Source of the DNA: Felis catus
Taxonomy: Eukaryota
Length of the DNA stretch: 64,000 nt
Direction: 5' to 3'
NCBI RefSeq assembly: GCF_018350175.1
Contig: NC_058369.1
Span: forward strand, 26,414,001 to 26,478,000
Part shown: piece by piece, positions 25,601 through 38,544 of the stretch
Position numbering within the stretch: position 1 is the stretch's first letter
How the letters are laid out: every line of letters starts with the position of its first letter
Notes under the pieces: model-generated
Told to the model about the DNA's origin: nothing
The model's database searches: none
What the model saw: the letters and a program-made list of their open reading frames with translations, nothing else
Program-made: the position numbers and the translations under genes

Positions 25601-28600
25601 ATTTTGTGGGGGTCAGAGAACCACCAAAGTCTTCCACAGGGAAGTGACCCCATCAGGTCTCTCACTTTGGGAGGGATCTGCCTTTCCCACGGAGCCTCCG
25701 CATGGGTGCGAACGCCACCACTTTGCCACCTGGACCTGGTGTCGTCACAGGCATGCAGAGTTTGCAATATTTGGCGGTAGAAGAGGGACAGATGTGCTCT
25801 GCTGCCTCTGTGGAGTCAGACAGCCCTCCGTGCTCAAACCGGATAGACCCTGCTCCCCTGTTCTAAGCTGAGGGCCACATCCTTAATTTCTCAGGACCAT
25901 GGGTTGTGAAGTGCAGTGATCAAAAAAGAACTGCCTGAGGGCCCCGGCCTCTGCTTCTGTGACAGGGTGAACCCCACTTTGGCGCCATGCTCTGAACACA
26001 GCGAACTTTATTTACTTTTTGTATATGTTGGTTTAAATCTTGCATCCTGCCTAATTTGGGTGAGGGGGTGGGATGTGTTGCATTGCCAGGTGCATCTTTA
26101 ATTTTACATGTATTAACTCATTTAATCTTCATAATCATCATAAAAGGTAGGTACTGTTATGAGCTCCATTTTGCAGATGAGACTGAGGCACTGAAAGATT
26201 AAATTCCTCGCCCAAGGTCACATGGCTAGTAGTAAGTGGTAGCAACGAGATCCATATCAGAATAGTCCACCTCCCGGTTAAGAGTCTGTGCTCTTAACTA
26301 CTACGCTGTGTTGCCAAAGCCAGTAGAGACCGAGGCTGGATTATAGCGGGTGCCAGCATTTGCTCCAGTGGTGCTAGGGACTGACATCTCTCCGAGGCAG
26401 GGTCTCAGATTATAGGGTGAGAGCCCATCCATCAGAGCTCAAAGTTCCTGTCGATGCCCCTTTGTTTTACATACTGGGAAGTTACAGGCCAGAAAAGGAA
26501 GGACAACCAGGGGTCAGTCACATAGAGAGGAAACTCCTACAGAACTTAGGCCAGGGCTTGTTCCTTGTCCACCACTCTGCCACTGTCCCCAGTCCCCTTG
26601 TGTTGTTGTCACTCTCTACCTGCATATTTCTGGTTTCTAGATGGGACCCGGTGGGTGCTTAAGGTTCCTGCAGAGTACGTGGTTCTTCCAAAGCAGGAAA
26701 CTCAGACATTGCAGATTTCTCTGCCCATTATGACTTTGGAGATTTATCTTGGGCACCGTCTCCCCAGGAAGCCACTATTCTTCAGCTTACAATGGCTGGG
26801 GGAGAAGGGACTTGCTCTTCTCCTCTAGACTGGCTGAGCTTGGTGCCTCTAAAACTTGGGGATCACCTCCCTCCCTCACACACAGTGGCTCTCTGGGGAC
26901 ACGGCTTGCATCCATGAGGGAAAAGAAAGCAAAGCAAAGCATCATAACTATTTCCTACCTCTGGGACTTCATTCCTTTTAGTTCTGTTTCCTCATCCTTA
27001 AAATGGAGATTATGCTGCTCTCACCCCCAGGGTTGTGTGTGTTAAATGAGGTAACCCTGGCACGCATTGTCTGGTCCTTTGGAAGGCAGGGCATAGGTTT
27101 GGAAAATGGATGAATAACGGGCAGCTGTGGTTCCTTTTTTGGTAGTCTGATGAAAGCACAGCCTCGGCCCACCCTCCTCTGTGTTAATAGGACATTTAGC
27201 ATAGCAGGGAGTGCCCCTGCGGTGGACACAGCCCAGTGGATGGTGGCAGAGTTAATACCAGCACCAGCTGATGTGGGAGGGGTGGTGGGTCACCAGGTGG
27301 CGCTCATGCCCAGCCTGCCGCTTGAGGGCTGCTACCAAACACTTCTTTGGGCTTTCCTGCCATTTCCTGGGCCTGATGCCTGAGGATTGAAGTGTTCACC
27401 ATGGTTTTCCAGCTGTAGGTAGGGTCAGAGTGCCAGCTGCCTAAGCTCGAGCTCTTTCTCACCCATTACTCTCTGAGACTTGTTCCTTACTTCTGTGCTC
27501 TTAATATGCCTGCATCCACTCACTTTTCTCCATGCCCTCTGCCAGGTTCATGGTTGGGACCACCCTCAGTCCTTGCCCAGACTGCTGCTGCCTGCTCCTG
27601 ACTGGCCCCCATTGCTCCCTAGGCAGCCTGCATGACTCTTCTACAATGAAACTCTCATCACCTCACTCCCCTGATACAAAGTCTGCAAAGATGTCCCATT
27701 GCAATGAAAACAAAACCAAACTTCATTGCAATGAAAACAAAACTAAACTTCTCGCAGTGATGCAGAAGGTCCCAGGCCTAGCCTATCTTTTCTCCTCCCC
27801 AACCTGCCTTCCTCTTCTGCTTTCAGGCTTCCTCCTGTAGCTCCTCCTTGAGGATCTGTATTTTCTCAAGCACCATGCCTTTTCTTGCCTCTTCCTTCTT
27901 CACCTGCTGTTCCCTTTGCCAGGAAATCTTCGTTTCCAAAACCAGAGCCTCTACCCTTTGGCTGGCTAATTTCAGCTCATCCTGGAAGTCTTGGCCTACA
28001 TGCCACTTCTGGCAAGACTTTGTGGTCCTCAAGCTGGGTAGAGACATACATCTCTGGGATCCTGTGGCAGCCTGTGTCTCACAGTGCCCAGCCCGATGCC
28101 TGGTGTTGAGGGGGTGGTCAAATATTTGCTGACTGAATGTGAATTATGCACAAACACAAAACATAGTAGAAATTGAAACAGACATCTAAGGATTGCCTGT
28201 GGGGCTAAGGGGAGACTTAACCTGCTTTTCTATCTGGGCGGAAATATTTGAACAACCTGAAGCAAATCCAATAACACTGCCTCATTACATTTTTTTTTTT
28301 TTTCCCTAAGAGCTGTCAGCAAGATTGCTTTGGAGTTAAGTCCTTTAATTAAAATACCCTGCACGAAAGCCTTGGAAGTGAAATGAGGGCAGCCACTGAG
28401 CAGGGCTGGGGAATAATGGCAGAGCTCAGATTTTCTCAGCATGGTGGCCTGCTGGGGAAACCAAATAGGCCCCTTTCAGTTGGAGCTTCAGCTGATGGGC
28501 AGCTCACCTTAGCAGCCTGGACGTGCATGACAGTGGTCTGGTTCCATGCCTCATACCTGTCAGCCCCGGACTGCATCAGAGTCTGCAAGTGATGCACTGA

Positions 28601-31600
28601 GTCCTTTATGAGCCTGAAGGCCAAAGAAAAAAAGGTTCAGCTTCCTGACTGAGTGGGAAAGGGACTGGTGGAGTTTGGTCTCAGGCTGCCTGGGGTCCCT
28701 CAGAAGTAGAAATACAGTAATTCCCATTTATTGACTATTTGTGTTACAAGGCTAAATGCTACATATTATCTCTTTAACTCTTAAAAAATTTTTTTGAATA
28801 TTTATTTGGAGAGAGAGAGCTTGAGCAGGGGAGGGGCAGAGAAAGGAAGAGAGAGAGGATCCCAAATAGGCTCCAACTCGTGAATCATGAGATAATGACC
28901 CAAGCCTGAGCTGAAACCGAGAGACGCTTAACCAACTGAGCCATCCAGGTGCCCCTCTCTTGAACCCTTTTAAGGGTAGGCATTCCCAATTTACAGTGGG
29001 GAAAACTGAGTCCCAAACTGGTTAACTAACTGGTCCAGGGTCACATAACTAGTAACTAACTGGTCCAGAGTCACATAACTAGCAGCTTAACCTCTGACCT
29101 GTAAAGCCTGAGCACTCTAGGGCAGGCACTGACCCTCCTTTGTAATGCAGACACCATCCTGATACCAGTAACTTCTGTGGCTGAGCAAAGACAGTGGTTT
29201 TCCTGTAAAGGCTAGTGAGGCCTGTCAGTCACCCAGTCTGTTTCAGGTTCTTCCTAAGGAAACTTAAAAGGCAAGAAAAGAAAACCAAACAAACCCTTGT
29301 TCTCCAAACCACTAAATTGGTCATTTGCCATTTACTTAACCTTTTATTTTCTATTTCCTGACCATCCGCTCATGATCCCTGGAATTTGTATGCAAAGCAA
29401 ACTGTTTATTAAGCAATATTTATTTTTTTTCTTGTCAGGGAATAGATAAACAGATGTCACATTGAGGTCCAAGCAAAAGTCAGTATAATGGCATTTTAAT
29501 TACCCTGAGCAGCCTTATTTTGCACTCTCTACCTCCCCTAACTAAAATATTAGATCTGTGAGGCTTAGGCTTTTCTTGACTGGTTTACTAATGTGTAGTA
29601 CCTAGAATAGTGCCTAGCACATTGTAGGAATCTAATATTTGTGGAATAAATAAATGAATGTCCAGAGTTGCTCGTGATTTTGAAACAACTATTAACTATC
29701 CTGGGAGCCACAGGTTGGGGTATTAAGGCCTCTATGAATATTGGTGTTTACTTTTATTTATTTGTTGGTATTTACATACTGATGTGGTACTTACACATGG
29801 TACATTCGTTGCATTGCAAATCACAGTAAAAACCTATAGATATACAAAGTTCCTTGCACTGGCCAGAGGGGTGATGTCCTACTAGCTCAATGAGGATGGG
29901 GAAGTGATGGTGGCTGATGGATGTGACTTCCCCTTCTCTGCCCACGGTGGCAGGAACTGAGAGGACTGAGGTTGGGGAAGGGGGTGCTTTTTAGAGGAGT
30001 ATGCACAAATGCTCACCCATCCCATCCCAAAGGCCCTAGTGTAGGAAGGAGCCCGTCCCCAAGTGGAATGGCCAATTTCTTGCTCACCTGGCTGCCACGT
30101 GTGCCCAGGCCGTGGTGTAGAGTTGTGGGTGGAGGAAGTCAGCTGCTTTCTGGGCTGGGCACCTGGCCAGGTCAGGTGCAGTCAGGTATGCAACAGACTG
30201 AGGGAGAGATCTCTGCGATGTGGAGTCTTGGGATGCCTGAGCTTGCAGGTAGTTTTTCTCCAGAAACCTGGGGGTGGGGTGGGGGTGGGAGCCAGTGAGC
30301 AGCGAGAGCCCTGTGGGATAGACCAGCGCCCCTATCTCCAAAAACACGCACTCTTACACTCCCTATAGGAGAACCAGGACCATGCAGTTTCTTGCCTGGT
30401 CCCTCCTGATGGTTATCCTCACCCCAAAGCCCTCCCCCCCACCACCTCCCCAGCTGTGAGGCCCTCAAGGCCATGCACCCGGAGACTGTGGTTTCTTCCA
30501 CAGTGAAAGGAGGCTGGAACTGCAGAGCTGGGTAGACACTCAGATCCTGAACCGAAACACTTCTGGTATCTGAGCAAACAAATTTATTCTTCTGGTTAGG
30601 ATCTTGTGATTTGGGGATTTATGCTGAATTGTACAGTGGCAGCAGAGATTAAATTTTCTTACTTGAGAAAGGATAGGTGTAAGAAGGCTAACACGAGTGG
30701 GAGAATTACAGGTGACTCTCGGCTTCTTTCCTGTGATGATCCAGTGCTTATAGGCTCTGGGCTCAGCCAATCCTGGATTCCCAGGCAGCTCTGTTGAGAC
30801 CTCTGTGATGCTTGTGGAAGTTACTTCACCTCCCTTGGCCTCAGTGTCTCCATATTTAAATGGGGATAATAATACTCACCTGATAGAAGGTTTGTGAAAA
30901 CTGAGAAAATATTTATATTGCTTTTATAATGTGGGACACAGAATTTCTAACACATGATACTGTATCCCCCTTATAATTTAAAAAAAAAAAGCACCATAAT
31001 ACTACATATGATAAATTTTTTCAAGAATATTATATAGCCTATTTGCTAGCAAGCCCTTTCTCCTTGCATGGGGAAACATGTGCCCTGTTGAGTCACCCGA
31101 GGATAGATAAATGTGAAAGGCCTGGTCAGTCCGAGCCCCCACAGACAGAAGAGAATGAACAGAAGCCACCACTTGTCGGTCGCGAATCCTGGGTCCCTTC
31201 CTGCCTCTCAGGTGGGAGCCTCCGTGAGCAGGCCCTGTGCTAAGCCTGAGGACAGTTGGTGGGCAAGGCCCCAGGAGCTCTGGCTCACGGAGAAGAGACA
31301 CTCGGATGGTGTTGAGTGGGAGCGCCAGGGCGGGCATCTAAGCAGCGCCCCGCAGAATGAGCCGCTTACAGCAGCAGGCCCAGCAGGCCAGGCCAGGCCA
31401 GAGTATTCGGGTGAGGGAAGGGAGCATTCGTGAAGCCCATGCTGGGAAAGAGGAAACTTGGCCAGCTGGGGAAGGGAGGTGGGGGGAGTGGGGATGGGGG
31501 TGGGCAATGTGGCATTTTCCCACTAGCAGTGGGGAGCCACCGAAGGATGTGAAGTGAGGGAAAGCTGCACTCTTCTCCAGCCTTCCTAAAGCTCCGGATG

Positions 31601-34600
31601 GGTGGGATCCAGACTGCGTGGGTTGGTTGGGTGGTCTCCGCATGGCCCTGCCCAGCGTCCGTTCCCACCATGGACATTGGCTGCCGCTTCAACCCACGCA
31701 GGGGCCTTACCTGGCCATCTGCAGGTAGAGCACAGTGTTGTCACCCTCGTAGGTGCAGGCGGCTGTCACTCTGGTGACCAGTGAGGGCAGGCCACTCAGC
31801 TTCGAGTAGCCATGGCCGCCGCAGGCTTTGCGGCACAGCTCAGTCCCCCAGCTGCACAAGTCTGACGCCATGGCCTTGAGTCCTGAGCTCAGTGCGTGAA
31901 GCTATGAGAACAGGGGGTCAGGGAAAGTAAGGGGGCCCTCCGGTAACAACCATGCTTACCGCTCATACAACCTGCTGTATGTCCACGACAACCCCATGAC
32001 ATAAGGTTGTTTCCTCAGCTCTCAACTTTATGACTGAGAAGGCTGAGACTCAGAGATGTTATGTGACTTGCCCAAGATCACACAATGAGGCAATGTAGCT
32101 GGAGTAAAGACAAAGGAAAACTGTCCAGGCCAGTCTCTCCAGGACCCCTGGAAGAGGGTGCTTCCAGGACTGGGCTCACCATCATCCAGGAGTTGCAGAT
32201 TTTGCTGGTCAAGTGGGGTTGTTGGAGAGCTGTCCTGTGAGGGTGGAGGTCCACCACCAGCCCACTGGCCTGAGTTGTAGGAGGAGCTTCCAGGCTGCAG
32301 ACCTGGTTTGAGCTTTGGCTTCTTGAAAGCCTTTAACCTATCTTTCAGACTTTTAAGTCCTTGGGAGGAAGGTTATGTTCCTTAACCTCTCTGTGCTTCA
32401 CTTTCCTAATCTGTAAAATGGGAATATAAAATGCTGCCTGCTCTACAATTGAGGATTAATGAAGCTATGCTTATGAAGCCCAGGGTCTGGTGGACTAAAT
32501 GTTACAGTATATCTAAGTCCTTGGTCCTTTATCTGAGACCCTTGGGGCCGGATGTATTTTGGAATCAATGTTTTTTGAATTTTAGAAAGCTAAAGCAGGG
32601 CATTTAAGGTAGATTATATATAATACCCAGAAGAGTCTGGGGCAGCCTTAGTGATCAAACTCATTAATATTTCTGCTGCAAAATGTATATACATCCAGTG
32701 GGATAAATCAGATCAATTCAGGTCAAATTGTGCCACCAAATGTGTTCTCAATGACTGTAATTTTGGGGGGCTTTTTAGGTTTCAAATACACACCAGGGAT
32801 TGTGCTCCTGTGTTGTATGTATTATGTGTGATTATTCCCTCTAACATTTTTGGAGCTTTCTGGAGGCCAGATGTAGGTGGATTTATATGTCGAGGTACAG
32901 TTCACCCTGGGTGCCCTGGGATGTTGGAAGGCTGAGAGGAGATAGTAGAAGGAGCCTGTGGGAACAGGGCTGTGGCTGCATCCCAGTGATGAGAACAATT
33001 TCAGCCATTTCCCAGCTCCTGCACTCCACCCCTCCACCCCCAGCAGACAGCAGGTACCTCAGGCAGGAGGCTGAAGTCTCTGTTCAGAATGGCATCATAG
33101 GAGCTGTGGAAGAATTCCAAGAGGTTTCTTGTCAGGAAATGGAATGCATAGGCTGTGGCCAGCTGAGGAAAGAGTTTCTGCTGCTGTGTCTGGTGGTCCA
33201 GGACTTTTGCCTCTGGGTCACTACGTGGAAGAAAAGAAGAAGGTTTAGAAGATTGCTACATGCCACCTCCCCACTTCCCATATCCCCAGTGCCATAAAAT
33301 ACTTAAAAACTGATAGCTTTTGTGGGGGGGGGCACCTGTTGGTTAAACATCTGATTCTTGATTTCAGCTCAGGTCATGATCTCATGGTTCAAGCCCCACA
33401 TTGTGGCTGACAGTGCAGAGCCTGCTTGAGGTTTTCTCTCTCCTACTCCCTCCCTGCCTCTCTCCCTCGCTCGCTTTTGCTCTCTCAAATAAATTTTAAA
33501 AACCTGATAGTTTTTTATAACTCACTGCAAAACTTGACCTGAACTGACATGAAGTTATTAATGATCTTAAAATTCTATCTAACATGAATATCCACACAAT
33601 TCTCTGCAGAAATATTGACATGTTTGCTTATGGATGTTGCCCCTTATGGGGGAAGTTTACAAAATTACAGCATATGCACCATATTATCCTGCTAAAATAT
33701 GAAAGTTATGAATTCCAACACATTTGGTCCTAAGGATTTCAAGTAAAGGGTTGTGGTCTTGTACCCCTGATGATTTGAAACTTGACCTTTCAAAGTCCAG
33801 GTACACATCGTATGTGCTGGGAGGTACATTGAGCCTAATCAGTAACTCTGAGGATGTGAACTTGGGTCTGATGGAATCCTAAGGTAGGGGCTGTATTTGC
33901 CTTGTCTGTTGCTGTGTCTTCAGTGCCCGAGACTGTATCCAGCAGGAAGGGGCCTGGAGTAACTATTTTGTGGATTAAAAGAAAGCATGAATGTGAGGAG
34001 CCTCCCATGGCTCTCTGGGAGGAACCCAGGTCAGCAACCCCTCACTTAGACACATACTATTATAACCATACTTGGGACACTTCTGCAACCCAGAAAACTG
34101 AAGTCTGGATGGGACGGCGGCAGCACCTTTCCCTGGCACCCCTGTCCTCCAGAGAAGACTCCCTAACCCCAGGAATCTGAAGCCCGGGCCAGCACAGGGA
34201 CCCTGGGTTTGCCAGAGGAAAGGGTCCTGGGCTACGGGCCTGGCATGCTTTGTTGCTTTTTACTCTTAGCACTGCCCTGAAAGATTGCTCTTGTCACCCT
34301 GTGTCGTAGGTGAGGAAGTTGAGGGACAAAGAGGTGGGGTGACTAGCATAAGCTCCCACAGCTGGCAAGTGGCCTAGCTGTGGTCCACTCAGGTCTGCCT
34401 GGCATCTGACCTGCAGTCCATTTTGCTTAGACTGCTGGATCCATGGCATGAAACATCGCCAGGTTCTTGGGCTGGAAGTTCTCTCATCTTCACATTACAG
34501 GTGAAAAAACTGAGGCCCAGAGAGGGCAAAGGACTTGCCCAGGGTCACTTGGCAGAGTTGGGACAAGAACTGGCAGGTTGAAGCCTGTCCCTCAGCACCA

Positions 34601-37600
34601 CTAGTTGAATCAGTTATGGCTGTACCTCCCCTGCCATGCTCACTGGGGCACCATATGCTCAGCTCCATGTTGCCACATCCTGGGTGCATGTCCCCATTTG
34701 GGACATAGTGGTTGTATGTTATTTTCTGTTTACAGCAAAATTATTTGCCGTTTACAGGCAGTCCTGTATTTTCTTTTGCTGAATCTGCCAATTGTGTGCG
34801 TTTCCACAGGCATGCATATGCATGGGTACACATACACATGTTAAAAAACAGAGAGTAGTTGGCTATTTGGTCCCATAGGGCAGAGGGAGGATTAGCTTGA
34901 CACAGTCACATACAACAAAATGGATCCGGACTTGGACATACCACAGGATGCTGACAGTTCCAGCCAGACAGAACCGACTTCAGTCGTATACTGTCTGGTA
35001 TGACAGTTGGGCTTTTCCAGACACAATCACTCACGTCCTGACAGAACAAACTCAGGAGCCACAGTCACCTGCAGTTTGGCAAGTGGCTGACCCAGACACA
35101 CTCAGCTGGTCATAGCCGGGTAGGACCCAGTTGGATTTGGACAGACAGACTGAGTTAGATCTGATGGTCCAGGCCAAAGACAAATGATCTCACAGAAACC
35201 CCATGGGGTCAGATACTGACAGACACAGGATGGGCAGCCAATCAGCCAGGGGTTAGAGGGAGCCAACAGAGACCCTACAGACATGGCCAGATGGGCTATG
35301 TCTGGGCAGGTGTTGCGTGTGTGTTACGGGGGTGATGTGTATTCCCAGCACCCCACTCTGGCAGAGGGGTGGCAGCAGGGGGCAGGTGCTGTGGGAATCA
35401 GAGCTAGTTCTGTCTGTAGTGGTCAGCCTGTGGGTGCGTCTTGCCTGGGCCGGAGGCAGGACTGCCGGCGGATGACCGAGTAGCGAATGGCGATGACACA
35501 GGCCTTCTGCAGAGTGGGTGTTACCTCGCCCCAGAGCAGATCCACCCGTGTTACCACCATGGAAAGGTAGTTGATCTGCAATTTTCCGAGCTTGAGGTAG
35601 GTGCCATCTGGCAAGACCTGGTGGGCCAAAGTCAGGTGTTGAGTCTGAGCCAAGACTCCCCAGACTGTCCTATACCCATAACTATGGGCTTCATGCCCTG
35701 CAGGCACCACAGTCCTCAAACTGCTCACCTGGGACAGATGGCCGACTACCAGCCAGAGCGTGCTGGTGTGGCTGCGCTGATTGTTAAACACACCCGTGCT
35801 TTTTGCGAAACAGCCACTGCCCTAAGTGCCTTGGTTCACAGCTCCTCACCTTGGACACCTAGGACCTCCCCCAAATCCACAGCTTAAAGGTAATGCCTGG
35901 CAAGATGGGGACCTCCAGAACTTCCTCTAACACCTGGCCAGTGTCCGGTCTGTGATTGGTTGTGTCTAGGCCTCACTGCAGGTAAATATGCTTTCACTCT
36001 CAGCCCTTCCCTCTTCTCACATAGCTTTGCCACCCTACCCCATTACTGCTCTACCTCCCCATTTACCTGTGGTAACTCTGAGGCTCAGGTAGGCCAAGTG
36101 ACTTGCCCAATATCACACTGCTTCTAAACTGGGTTTTTACACAGAACTGTGGGATACCAGAGCCTCTCTGAGGTGGGGTCTGCTTCTCTGCCCTATGGGG
36201 GAGGACCCAGAGACAGCAGCAATCTGCAGGGGGCCACCATCCCCTCTCCAGGCAGCATAAGCTTGCAGCATCTCCAGGACCCCCACCTGTGCAAAGCGAC
36301 TCAGCATGTTGTCTCTGGGGATCCGCACATGGTCCAGTCGCAAGAAGCCATGGTCTATACAGTCAAAGCCCATCTTGGGCCCGATGTCTCCAACAGTGAT
36401 TCCTAGAAGGAGATGGAGACGGGAACATCTATCAGCCAAGTACTTTGTGTGGGGTACCACACACACGTTCCAGTTCCTCTGAGCCTCACGGCAGCCTGTG
36501 ACATTGGAGTTTTATACCTGTTTTGCAGGGGATCAGGCTGAGGTCAGATTGGGTGCTGATTCTTGCTTAAGTTCACCCAGCCAGTTAGCATGAGGGCTGT
36601 CCAACTGGACTCCTCCCTGCCCAAGGGAGACATGTCCTAGCTTCTCCCATGACCTCTGGGGCCTCAGGACAGGGAGGCCTGTCCTGGCAGGGGTCCTGGG
36701 AGTCACATGGGCTTACCTGGCAGTGGGGTGTGGTCCTCGAGGCTCCGGATGGGCACAATAAAGGCGTGCATTCCCTGCCGGGCTCCTGAGCAGATCAGCT
36801 GGGCCTGGACCAAGGCGTGGGTGGCTGACCGTCCCACTGAGGGCAGAAACACGAGAGGCCCAGCATGATCTCTGGTGTAGGAGGACTTGGTGTACAGAGC
36901 AGGCAGGCTGACTCTCCCCATCAGGAGCCTGGATGTGGGTCCAGTCTGTAATGGGTTAGGAGGACCAGTGTGGTGGCATGGGGCAGGGCAGGGCACTCTA
37001 TGAGGCCAGGATAGGGTTTGTTTGATCTGCCTTCACAAACAGTGTGGGTCAGAGGAGGATGCACAAGGAGACTGAAGGGTAAGGGGTATTTTCCAGGGGA
37101 GGAGGGCACACAGGGCAGGGAGGGCAAGGCAAAGGGAGCGGTGTGCTCAGAAGCTTGAGGGCTGGCTTGGCTTCATGGGGCCAGGAGGAAGAGATAGCAT
37201 CTAGGGTAGCAAAGCAATGCTTTTTCGGGATATCCCTTGACTCACCTTGACTCCTCCTTGGAAGTGACTGGAACAGTCCAGAGCACTTTAATGGGCTTGT
37301 CTGGCTCTAGAATGCACTAGGTTGGAGGGCTTTGTGGACAGCCATTCGGTGGCTGGAGGTTCAGGAGTTCTAAATGTCAGGTTTGTGGAGCAACCACCCC
37401 AGAGTACACAGGCATGGGGTTGGGAGGCTCAAGGAGGCTGCTGGAGATCTTAAGGCATTTTCTTGGGAATCTGGGAGATAGGGTCTATATGTCAGAGCTG
37501 CGGGAGTGTGCATGTCAGGATTCGTGGTGAGAAAACTGGTCCCTTACCACAGGGAGAGGAGTGCTCTGCTGCCCTCTCCCCGTCCCAGCTGATGGGCGCC

Positions 37601-38493
37601 TTTGTGGCCTCAAAAAGTCACTGATCCCAGAGAGGGGGAACTTCCCCAAAGAGCCAAACAAATCCAGCAGTGTTTTGCAAAAGGCACTGTGGGATGAGCA
37701 AGCTTTTTGTTTTTTCTGTCCTCAAAAGTCTGTAAATGAATCTATCATCCACCTAATAATAATGAATACAGATAATTGCCATTTCTCAATATCCAGGTGG
37801 TGCTGGACCCTGTGCTGGTGCTTTCCAGTTCTTGCAGGGCAGGTATTACCGATGAGCTCCATTTTCCAGGTCAGGAAACTGAAGCTCAGAGAGGAGAGTG
37901 ATGTGCTCAAGGTCACTGGCCTGGAGGGGGCAGAATTGGGATTTCAACCTAGCCTGATTGCAAATGTGGTTTCTTTTTTTCTGTGGCTCTGACATCGGAC
38001 ATCTGACATCCATTCCCTCCCTCTCCTCTCTCATTGCGCTCTCCTGTAGCTCCCTTATTTCTCGGAATTCTCTCTGTCTCAATCTTTCTCCCTCTCTGCT
38101 GATCTCTCGCCTGTCTCTTTGTGCTTAGTTGTATTCCTCGTATTCATTGTGTTTTCTTCCCCATGTAAGTGTTCATCAAATGGGTCTGGAAGTGCCACAG
38201 GTGTGCCCTGGGAGGTGTGTTGTCACATCTGGGGAAGAGGGCTTTGGTGGTGCCCCCTCTCAGGAAATCAGAGCTTCAGGGAAGCAAGGTGTGGTCGCCA
38301 CCTGGTGGCCACCGGGGGCAGTGTGGTGCCAGTGACCCGACTCTGAGCCTTCCTTCCTCGGTGTCTGGAGCAGCGGCAGGGAACGATGTTTTTCTCTCTA
38401 ACTGTGTGATCGAATGGAAGCCTAATCATTAACCTGGGAGATGAGAGGACCTGGGGTTGTGGAGAGTGCCTGGGACTAGGCTGTGGTTCTGTG

Positions 38494-38544
<51 letters not shown>

